Shown: in pieces, positions 1 through 6,651 of the stretch
Layout: the number at the start of each line of letters is the position of its first letter
Numbering within the stretch: the stretch's first letter is position 1
Assembly (NCBI GenBank): GCA_028713575.1
Contig: JAQTOB010000004.1
Span: forward strand, 30,001 to 62,000
DNA length: 32,000 nucleotides
Reading direction: 5' to 3'
Source: Patescibacteria group bacterium
Lineage (GTDB): Bacteria > Patescibacteriota > Patescibacteriia > UBA2591 > UBA6264
Program-made: the position numbers and the translations under genes
Notes under the pieces: generated by a model
The model's input: the letters and a program-made list of their open reading frames with translations, nothing else
Told to the model about the DNA's origin: nothing
Databases searched by the model: none

Positions 1-764
1 ATTGTCAGAATAAAAATTGTTTTGCCAGCCAGCAAAGAAAAATTAGTTATTTTGTTTCTAAAAGATGTTTTGACATTGAAGGTTTGGGCCCAAAAATTAT
101 AGGCAAACTTTTAGAAGCGGGATTAATATCAGATGCAGCCGATTTGTTTAAATTGCAAAAAGGAGATATTATTTTATTAGAAAGTCCGTCTGATATCAAA
201 CCGAAAGTTTTAGTGCGGGGGTTCGCGGAAAAATCGGCGGATAATTTAATCAAGGCCATTGATAAAAGTAAAGAGATAGAATTGTCGCGCTTTATTCAGG
301 CCCTGGGTATTCGTCACATTGGCGAACAAATGGCTAATGATTTGGCCGAGTATTTTAAAAGTTTTGAAAAATTTTCTCAAACCAAAAAAGAAGAATTGCT
401 GACCTTATCGGATATTGGTCCGATTGCCAGTCAAAGCATTGTTATGTGGCTTAAAAACAAAGAAAATCAAAAATTTTTGGGAAAATTAAAAAAATATGGC
501 GTGATTATAAAGAATCATTATTTATTAAAAGCAAAACAAATTTTAAAAGGAAAATCTTTTGTTTTAACCGGCGTTTTAACATCAATGTCGCGGGAAAAAG
601 CCAAAGAAAAAATTCAAAGTCTTGGCGGCAGGGTTTTAAACGCGGTCAGCACAAAAACCGATTTTCTTGTTAGTGGAAAAAATCCTGGAAGTAAATATAA
701 TACAGCGAAGAGCCTAAGAATTAACATAATCAACGAGCAGGAATTTTTAAAGATGGTTAGATAG
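1..764 (+). CDS. ligA: NAD-dependent DNA ligase LigA, C-terminal part (5' end lies outside the window)
   Basis: The frame is open from base 3. It reads CQNKNCFASQ (zinc-finger end), then GLGPKIIGKLLEAGLISDAADLF and ALGIRHIGEQMANDLA (HhH repeats), then a BRCT-like C-terminus (GKSFVLTGVLTSMSREKAKEKIQSLGGRV..STKTDFLVSGKNPGSK). The ORF track only reports 84..764. Confidence 0.85.
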   Translation, partial: CQNKNCFASQQRKISYFVSKRCFDIEGLGPKIIGKLLEAGLISDAADLFKLQKGDIILLESPSDIKPKVLVRGFAEKSADNLIKAIDKSKEIELSRFIQALGIRHIGEQMANDLAEYFKSFEKFSQTKKEELLTLSDIGPIASQSIVMWLKNKENQKFLGKLKKYGVIIKNHYLLKAKQILKGKSFVLTGVLTSMSREKAKEKIQSLGGRVLNAVSTKTDFLVSGKNPGSKYNTAKSLRINIINEQEFLKMVR

Positions 765-938
765 CGACACTATTGCTACAAATTAACATACTAATGCTAC
801 GAATACGAGAGAAGATATTATTTATCCAAATTCGTCTTATAAATTAGTTGGCATATTTTTTAATGTTTATAGAAATATGAAATTTGCATTAATCCTCAGC
901 ATTCGCATGCTGTTCGCATATAATTCGCATCGCTTTAT

Positions 939-1244
939 ATGATCTCAAAAGAAGAAGTCCAACATATCGCCAAATTAGTCCGCCTGCGTCTAAGTGAGGC
1001 GGAAATAAAAAAATACCAGAAGCAACTGGGGGAAATTTTAGATTATGTTAGCCAATTGAAAAAAATTTCCACAAAAAACATTATGCCCTTTTCTTTGTTT
1101 GGATTAAAAAACATTTTTCGTTTAGATAAACCAAAAGAAAAGAATCAAGAACAGACAAGAAAATTGGTCCAATCTGCGCCGGCGCAAAAAGAGGGGATGA
1201 TTAAAACAAAAGGAATTCTTAACATTAAAGCATTAAAGCATTAA
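939..1244 (+). CDS. gatC: Asp/Glu-tRNA amidotransferase subunit C
   Basis: 101 aa. The N-terminus MISKEEVQHIAKLVRLRLSEAEIKKYQKQLGEILDYVSQL is the typical GatC signature, and the gene lies upstream of gatA. Confidence 0.85.
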   Translation: MISKEEVQHIAKLVRLRLSEAEIKKYQKQLGEILDYVSQLKKISTKNIMPFSLFGLKNIFRLDKPKEKNQEQTRKLVQSAPAQKEGMIKTKGILNIKALKH

Positions 1245-1481
1245 AGTACACAATAAGTAATTGATTTTCCAGGCCCCGTTATTTTACATTACATTTTGAG
1301 GCTGCCGTCCTTTTTTGAAAGGACGGGGTCCGGCCCATTTGTAGATGGCCTGCGGTTTGAGTTTTGTATTCTGAATTTTTTAATGGAGCAGGCATTTTGA
1401 CCATGAAAGAAAAAAAATAATTTTAGATTTAAAAAGTAAGAATATTTTTTATAAAAAGAATTTACAGCATTTACATTATTT

Positions 1482-2915
1482 ATGAATTTAAATCAATTAA
1501 CAATTTTATCGGTTCATCAGGGTTTAAAAAAGAAAGAATTTTCCAGTCAAGAATTGACTAAAGATTGCTTAACAAAAATAAAAAAAAGCAATAAAGAAAT
1601 TAATGCTTTTATTACTGTTTTAGAAAAACAAGCTTTAAAACAAGCCGAGGAAATTGATAAAAAAATTAAAATTCAAGGCGTGGATAATTTTTTAACTGGT
1701 ATTCCCCTGGGAATTAAAGACAATATTTTAATTCAAGATGTTGTTTGTACTGCTGGTTCAAAAATTTTAGAAAATTATCAGGCTATCTATGATGCCACGG
1801 TAATTAAAAAATTAAAAAAAGCTGGAGCGATTTTTTTAGGCAAAACCAATCTTGACGAATTCGCCATGGGTAGCTCTACTGAATCGTCTGCCTTTGGTCC
1901 GACCAAAAATCCTATTAATTTATCTTATATTCCCGGTGGTTCTTCTGGCGGTTCTGCCGCCGCAGTCGCGGCTAATATGTGTTTGGCTGCCCTTGGTTCT
2001 GATACTGGCGGTTCTGTCCGTCAACCGGCGGGATTTTGTGGCGTCGTTGGACTAAAACCAACCTATGGGCGGGTTTCTCGCTATGGCTTGATTGCCATGG
2101 CTTCTTCTCTTGATCAAATCGGACCATTGACCAAAAACATTGAAGACGCGGAAATTTTATTTAAAACAATTAAGGGCAAAGATGATTTTGATGCCACTAG
2201 CGTTGAGGTAAAAGATGAAGACCCAGGGAAAATGAAAACAAAAAAAATAAAAATTGGCCTACCTAAAGAATATTTTATCCAAGGGCTTGACTCGCAGATA
2301 AAGGAAGTCATCAATAACTTAATTAAAAAATGGCAGAAGCAAGACGCTGAATTTATAGAGGTTAGTTTGCCCCACGCATCGCTCGCTTTGGCTTGCTATT
2401 ATATTATTATGCCCGCGGAAGTTTCTTCTAATTTGGCTCGTTATGACGGCATTAAATACGGATTTTCCACCAATGGGGAAAATAAAAATTTATTAGATGT
2501 TTATTTAGATTCTCGAACCACGGGTTTTGGCGAAGAAGTCAAACGCCGAATTATGCTCGGCGCCTATACTTTGTCTGCCGGCTATTATCAGGATTATTAT
2601 TTACAGGCGCAGAAAGTAAGAACTTTAATCAAAAAAGATTTTGAAAAACTTTTTCAAGAAAAAGATATAGATTGTTTATTAACCCCAATTAGCCCAACTT
2701 TGCCCTGGAAATTGGGAGAAAAAATAAACAACCCTTTAAGTATGTATTTGGCGGATGTTTATACCGTTTCCGCCAATCTGGCTGGTTTGCCGGCGCTTTC
2801 ATTGCCTATTGGTAAAATTGATGATTGGCCGGTCAATGGGCAATTAATCGGTAATTATTTTCAGGAAAGCAAAATTCTGCATCTCGGAAAAATGATTGAA
2901 AAATTAGGACTTTAA
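1482..2915 (+). CDS. gatA: Glu-tRNA(Gln)/Asp-tRNA(Asn) amidotransferase subunit A
   Basis: 477 aa with the amidase signature GGSSGGSAAAVAANMCLAALGSDTGGSVRQPA and GatA-typical flanks (LGIKDNI, GKTNLDEFAMGSS). No gatB follows in this window. Confidence 0.95.
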   Translation: MNLNQLTILSVHQGLKKKEFSSQELTKDCLTKIKKSNKEINAFITVLEKQALKQAEEIDKKIKIQGVDNFLTGIPLGIKDNILIQDVVCTAGSKILENYQAIYDATVIKKLKKAGAIFLGKTNLDEFAMGSSTESSAFGPTKNPINLSYIPGGSSGGSAAAVAANMCLAALGSDTGGSVRQPAGFCGVVGLKPTYGRVSRYGLIAMASSLDQIGPLTKNIEDAEILFKTIKGKDDFDATSVEVKDEDPGKMKTKKIKIGLPKEYFIQGLDSQIKEVINNLIKKWQKQDAEFIEVSLPHASLALACYYIIMPAEVSSNLARYDGIKYGFSTNGENKNLLDVYLDSRTTGFGEEVKRRIMLGAYTLSAGYYQDYYLQAQKVRTLIKKDFEKLFQEKDIDCLLTPISPTLPWKLGEKINNPLSMYLADVYTVSANLAGLPALSLPIGKIDDWPVNGQLIGNYFQESKILHLGKMIEKLGL

Positions 2916-2967
2916 GGTTTTTGGAGACCAGGTCTCCAAAAACCTTTTGGAGACCAGGTCTCCAAAA
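2916..2967. repeat. Tandem pair of perfect palindromes starting directly after the gatA stop; possible bidirectional terminator
   Basis: GGTTTTTGGAGACC-a-GGTCTCCAAAAACC spans 2916-2944 (14-bp arms). TTTTGGAGACC-a-GGTCTCCAAAA spans 2945-2967 (11-bp arms). The core GGAGACCAGGTCTCC repeats with a 26-bp period. Confidence 0.9.
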
Positions 2968-2969
2968 AA

Positions 2970-3029
2970 GGTATTCAAAAAATGGCTGCTAAAATTCTGT
3001 ATCTCGGAAAAATGCTGGAAAAAATATAG
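2970..3029 (+). pseudogene. Displaced, diverged copy of the last ~20 codons of gatA
   Basis: 2991-3024 (aaaattctgtatctcggaaaaatgctggaaaaaa) matches gatA 2871-2904 (aaaattctgcatctcggaaaaatgattgaaaaat) at 30 of 34 positions. The offset is exactly 120 bp and in the same frame. It encodes GIQKMAAKILYLGKMLEKI* versus gatA GNYFQESKILHLGKMIEKLGL*. Confidence 0.6.
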
Positions 3030-3030
3030 A

Positions 3031-3062
3031 AAAACGTACGGAACAAAGCTTTGTCGTTTTTT
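3031..3062. terminator. Hairpin plus T-run after the fossil gatA end (candidate original gatA terminator)
   Basis: AAAAACG (3031-3037) pairs with CGTTTTT (3055-3061) around the inner palindrome ACAAAGCTTTGT. The hairpin is followed by tttta. T-rich sequence flanks it on both strands. Confidence 0.35.
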
Positions 3063-3266
3063 ATCTATGCGCAAGTCCACCCATAGCATTACACCTGTCT
3101 GTTTGAGTAGACGAGAGGTTAAAAGGATAGCGGTCGCCGCCTTGGTATCGGCTACTCTGCCTACGGCGGGGCCTCGCACGTTGTTGACGTTTATCTCGAC
3201 CACTCCAACGACAACGGGGGCTTTCGGCTCGCGGTCGTGTTTAAAATCAAGTCCTGACCTTTGATT
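3063..3266. ncRNA. Unassigned GC-rich island, candidate structured RNA (strand unresolved, slight lean to minus)
   Basis: About 200 nt that is much more GC-rich than any neighbouring intergenic DNA. Both overlapping ORFs translate to implausible proteins. Several local hairpins are present. A long-range helix, read on the minus strand, pairs gagtggtcgaga with tctcgtctactc (11 of 12 positions pair; one of those is a G-U pair that would be a C-A mismatch on the plus strand). I could not match it from memory to RNase P, tmRNA, SRP or 6S RNA. Confidence 0.35.
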
Positions 3267-3457
3267 CCTAATTTCTAATTGATTTGGAGGACTGAGGACT
3301 GAAAACTGAAGACTAATTTTAGGGAGCATTAATGATAGATGGAGATGGCAATACTTTTTATTTCATTTATCCACATCCTTTGAATGAGCGGGTATGTTGA
3401 CAAAAATTTTGAAGACTATAAACTAAATAATATTAATTTGTAATTTATTTTATTCTT

Positions 3458-4480
3458 ATGGAAGAAGTAAAAAATTTAGAAATGGCGAAAAAGCCTTGCC
3501 GTTGTAAATTCGGCCTTTGGCAAATAATTGCCGCGATTTTACTTATTATTACTGTTGTTTCGGTTTTAACCGGAGGGTTTGGTTTAAAATTGTTCGGAGC
3601 TTCTCCTGATAAATTAGCCAAACAAACAGTAGAATTTATTAATCAATATTTATTACAGGCAGGCTCTACTGCTTCTTTGATTACCTCTGAATGTAATCAT
3701 AAAGTTTCTCTTTGTAAATTTAAAATTGATGTTTCTGGCGCCGAATATGATTCTTATGTGAGCAGTGACGGTCAAATACTTTTCCCCGACGCGATTGAAA
3801 TAGAGAAATTTAAAGAACAACAAATTTCGGCAAATCAGGAACAGCAGGTTTCTTTGGAGGATTTGCCCAGAGCTGAAAAACCCGAAGTAGACCTCTTTAT
3901 TATGTCCTATTGTCCTTATGGTTTGCAGGCGCAAAAGGCCATGTTGCCGGCAATGGATTTATTAAAGGATAAAGCGGATATTAAAATTCGTTTTGTTGAC
4001 TACATTATGCACGACAAACAGGAAATAGATGAAAATTTGAGGCAGTATTGTATTCAAAAGGAAGAACAGGAAAAATATACAGCTTATCTTAATTGTTTTG
4101 TAATTGCCGGTGAATTTGAAAAATGTTTAACCGAAGCGAAAATTAATAAAACAAAAATGAATAATTGTATTTCTCAAACAGATAAAGAATACAAAATTAG
4201 CGCCAATTATGAAGATAAGTCAACCTGGCTGAATGGAAATTATCCCGCTTTTAATGTGGAGGCGGATTTGAATGACCAATATAATGTTCAAGGTTCTCCC
4301 ACTTTAGTTATTAATGGACAAGAAATTAATGTTAATCGCACCCCTAATGATTACAAAGAAGCGATTTGTTTTGGCTTTGAATCAATGCCCGAAGAGTGCG
4401 CTCAAGAGCTTTCTGCCCAATCTTCAACGCCCAGTTTTGGTTTAGAGGCGGGAGAATCAACTGACGCTGAATGCCAATAA
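3458..4480 (+). CDS. Membrane-anchored thioredoxin-fold (DsbA/glutaredoxin-like) protein with a CPYG motif
   Basis: 340 aa with an N-terminal TM segment (WQIIAAILLIITVVSVLTGGF). The thioredoxin-like core includes DLFIMSYCPYGLQAQKAMLPAMDLL and a C-terminal GSPTLVINGQEI. The second Cys of the CxxC motif is replaced by Gly. Confidence 0.6.
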   Translation: MEEVKNLEMAKKPCRCKFGLWQIIAAILLIITVVSVLTGGFGLKLFGASPDKLAKQTVEFINQYLLQAGSTASLITSECNHKVSLCKFKIDVSGAEYDSYVSSDGQILFPDAIEIEKFKEQQISANQEQQVSLEDLPRAEKPEVDLFIMSYCPYGLQAQKAMLPAMDLLKDKADIKIRFVDYIMHDKQEIDENLRQYCIQKEEQEKYTAYLNCFVIAGEFEKCLTEAKINKTKMNNCISQTDKEYKISANYEDKSTWLNGNYPAFNVEADLNDQYNVQGSPTLVINGQEINVNRTPNDYKEAICFGFESMPEECAQELSAQSSTPSFGLEAGESTDAECQ

Positions 4481-4492
4481 ATAAATTTTAAA

Positions 4493-4720
4493 TTTTGGGG
4501 GCTGGGGTCTGACCCCCTAAACAGACCCCCCAAAACCATTATTAGATTTGCAAAGTAGAACGATTTTTCTAATTTGGTGCGATTTTGTTGAATTTATTAT
4601 ATCATACCACTACAACTTCTTGCAGGTCAGACCTGCAAGAAGTCTCTGCAAGAAGTACTGCAAGAAGTAGGGCAAAAATTTTGATTTGGTGTAATTTTGA
4701 CGGATTTTCATTTTTTTAAT
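4493..4720. repeat. Composite repeat after the thioredoxin-fold gene: two different palindromes, each followed by the shared AT-rich module
   Basis: GGGGTC-t-GACCCC at 4504-4516 is nested in TTTTGGGGG (4493-4501) / CCCCCCAAAA (4526-4535). A module tagaacgatttttctaatttggtgcgattttgttgaattt follows. CTTCTTGCAGGTC-a-GACCTGCAAGAAG spans 4616-4642 (13-bp arms), with the right arm ctgcaagaagt repeated three times (4633, 4646, 4658). A second module ttgatttggtgtaattttgacggatttt follows. Confidence 0.85.
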
Positions 4721-4797
4721 TTTAACTAAATTTATTTTGGTAATCTCTCAAAAAATTTAACCCAAGTTTTATTTTTTTGAGTTTATGTCTCTTAAAT

Positions 4798-5652
4798 ATG
4801 TTTGATTTGTTTTTTAATTTTTTACATAATTTTAAACCCCAGCCGATTATTTTACGGCTGGGATTTTTTAATGTCTATTGGTATAGTTTTTTAATTGTTT
4901 TGGGCCTTGTTTTAGGTTTGATTTTGGTTTTTAAATTGGCTCCGCGATTTAAAATAAAAAAAGAAAATTTGGAAGATTTGATTTTTTATTTAATTATTGC
5001 TGGTTTTATCGGCGCCAGGCTTTATCATGTTTTTTCCGAACTTCCTTATTATTTTAAAAATCCGTTAGATGTTTTTAAGGTTTGGAACGGAGGTTTGGGG
5101 ATTTACGGTGCGATTATCGCCGGTTTGCTTATTTTGTTTTTTTCCGCAAAAAAATATAAGATAAAATTTTTTGTTTTGGCTGATTTATTTGTGCCTGCTT
5201 TGGCTTTGGGTCAGGCTATTGGTCGCTGGGGAAATTATTTTAATCAGGAAGTTTTTGGCAGGCCGACTGATTTACCTTGGGGAATTTTTATTGAAGCGGC
5301 TAATCGGCCATTTGAGTTTTTTTCTGAACAGTATTTCCACCCGACTTTTTTATATGAATCAATCTGGAATTTTTTGATTTTTTTTGTTTTAATCTTAATG
5401 ATAAAATCTAATTTTTATAGAAATTTTTTTGGAGAAAATTTTTATGGAGGTCGGACCTCCAAAGAAAACCGTTCGGGTGTTATTTTTGGATTTTATCTTA
5501 TGTTTTATTCCTTCGGCCGGTTTTGGCTGGAGTTTATAAGAATTGATTCCCAACCAATGCTATTGGGACTGAGGCTGGCGCAGGTAATCTCAATTTTAAT
5601 GTTTATTGTCGGCGGAGTGATATTAATGAGAAAATATAAAATATTAGAATAA
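4798..5652 (+). CDS. lgt: Prolipoprotein diacylglyceryl transferase
   Basis: Lgt signatures GLGIYGAIIAGLL, GQAIGRWGNYFNQEVFGRPTDLPWGI and HPTFLYES. The ATG at 4798 is preferred over the TTG at 4777 given in the ORF track. Confidence 0.9.
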   Translation: MFDLFFNFLHNFKPQPIILRLGFFNVYWYSFLIVLGLVLGLILVFKLAPRFKIKKENLEDLIFYLIIAGFIGARLYHVFSELPYYFKNPLDVFKVWNGGLGIYGAIIAGLLILFFSAKKYKIKFFVLADLFVPALALGQAIGRWGNYFNQEVFGRPTDLPWGIFIEAANRPFEFFSEQYFHPTFLYESIWNFLIFFVLILMIKSNFYRNFFGENFYGGRTSKENRSGVIFGFYLMFYSFGRFWLEFIRIDSQPMLLGLRLAQVISILMFIVGGVILMRKYKILE

Positions 5653-5702
5653 AAGAGAATTTGTAATTTATGGTTATTTTTATGCTCCCATATTTTTATT
5701 TT

Positions 5703-6356
5703 CTACCCCCGCATCAGGACAATACCCCAAATTTCTTTAGCCCCGGCTTGATGCAATGATTTTGCCGCTTCCGCCAAGGTGGCGCCAGTGGTTAAAATAT
5801 CATCAACTAAAACCAAATTGGTTGGACAATCGGCTTTAATCCGGAAAACGTTTTTGACGTTATTTTTTCTTTCTTCAGGACTAAGATTTGTTTGAGAGCG
5901 CGTGTTTTTAATTTTTTTCAGAATTTTTGTATTTAGGTTTAAATTAAATTCCGTGGCTATTTCTTTGGCGATTAGTTCCGATTGATTAAATCCGCGTTGA
6001 GCTAATTTTCTTTTGGTTAGGGGGATTGGGATTAAAACAAAATTGTTTTTTTTCAAATAATCTATGGTCGTGGGCGAATATCTCAAAAATTCAATTAAAA
6101 AGGGGATAAGATAATTTAAAATATTTTGGTTAAAGGGCGGGTATTTAAAACTTCTAATAGCTTTTTTAATTAAGGGTTGATCATAGTCAAGAACGGTAAT
6201 GATTTTTTTTAGGTTGCCGAAAGAGGGAAGATATTGTCCAGTGAGAATGATTTCCGATAAACAGGTTGGGCAAATCAATTCTCCGGACTTGCCGCAGCCA
6301 AGGCAGTTAGATGGCAAAAAAATATCAAGCAATTTTTTTATTTTATTTATCCACAT
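5703..6356 (-). CDS. comFC: ComF family protein (phosphoribosyltransferase-like competence protein)
   Basis: 217 aa with an N-terminal double CxxC (CLGCGKSGELICPTC) and a C-terminal PRTase motif (LVLVDDILTTGATLAEAAKSL). Confidence 0.85.
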   Translation of the reverse strand: MWINKIKKLLDIFLPSNCLGCGKSGELICPTCLSEIILTGQYLPSFGNLKKIITVLDYDQPLIKKAIRSFKYPPFNQNILNYLIPFLIEFLRYSPTTIDYLKKNNFVLIPIPLTKRKLAQRGFNQSELIAKEIATEFNLNLNTKILKKIKNTRSQTNLSPEERKNNVKNVFRIKADCPTNLVLVDDILTTGATLAEAAKSLHQAGAKEIWGIVLMRG

Positions 6357-6600
6357 CGGGGTTGTAAAAATAAGATTTTATAGTATAATGATAACATAAA
6401 ATATAAGAACATTAAAACGCCAGAACACTAGAATATAGTGACAGAAATACAATAACTAATTATTCTAATTATTCCAATGAATACCCAATTTCCAACCCCC
6501 AATGTCTAAAAATTTTTGGTCATTCAGTCATTGGTTATTGGGATTTTGTTAGGTCAATTAGAAATTAGGTTAATTAGGTTAATTTTATCTTATTTGTTCC

Positions 6601-6651
6601 AATGTTCCTATGTTATAATGTTCTAATGTTCTAATATTAAAATGATTTATT
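6601..6651 (+). repeat. Array of 8-bp units (AATGTTCT type) running into the pilM start codon
   Basis: The register is aatgttcc|tatgttat|aatgttct|aatgttct|aatattaa|aatgattt|att-ATG. An inverted partner array lies at about 6397-6430, on the comFC side of the same intergenic region. Confidence 0.7.

Noticed and set aside
2904-3329. ORFs 2904..3329 (-) and 2947..3264 (+), and assignment of the GC-rich island to RNase P, tmRNA, SRP or 6S RNA.
   Set aside because: Both translations are implausible and overlap each other. For the known RNAs I found only short coincidences (AAGUCCAC, AGGUCAGG, GCUACUCUG). I found no T-arm or acceptor for tmRNA, no GGAA-AGCAGCC domain IV for SRP, and no ACAGAAxCCGGCUUA for RNase P. 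At about 200 nt the length is wrong for RNase P or tmRNA.
3397-3422. TTGACA at 3397-3402 followed by TATAAA, as a possible promoter for the thioredoxin-fold gene.
   Set aside because: The spacer is only 14 nt. The hexamer is better explained as part of the duplicated comFC upstream fragment.
3367-6355. Two perfect DnaA-box 9-mers, TTATCCACA, at 3367-3375 and 6347-6355.
   Set aside because: They are part of the duplicated comFC start region; one encodes MWIN of comFC on the opposite strand. They lie 3 kb apart, with no cluster of boxes, no AT-rich unwinding element and no dnaA or dnaN nearby. This is not an origin.
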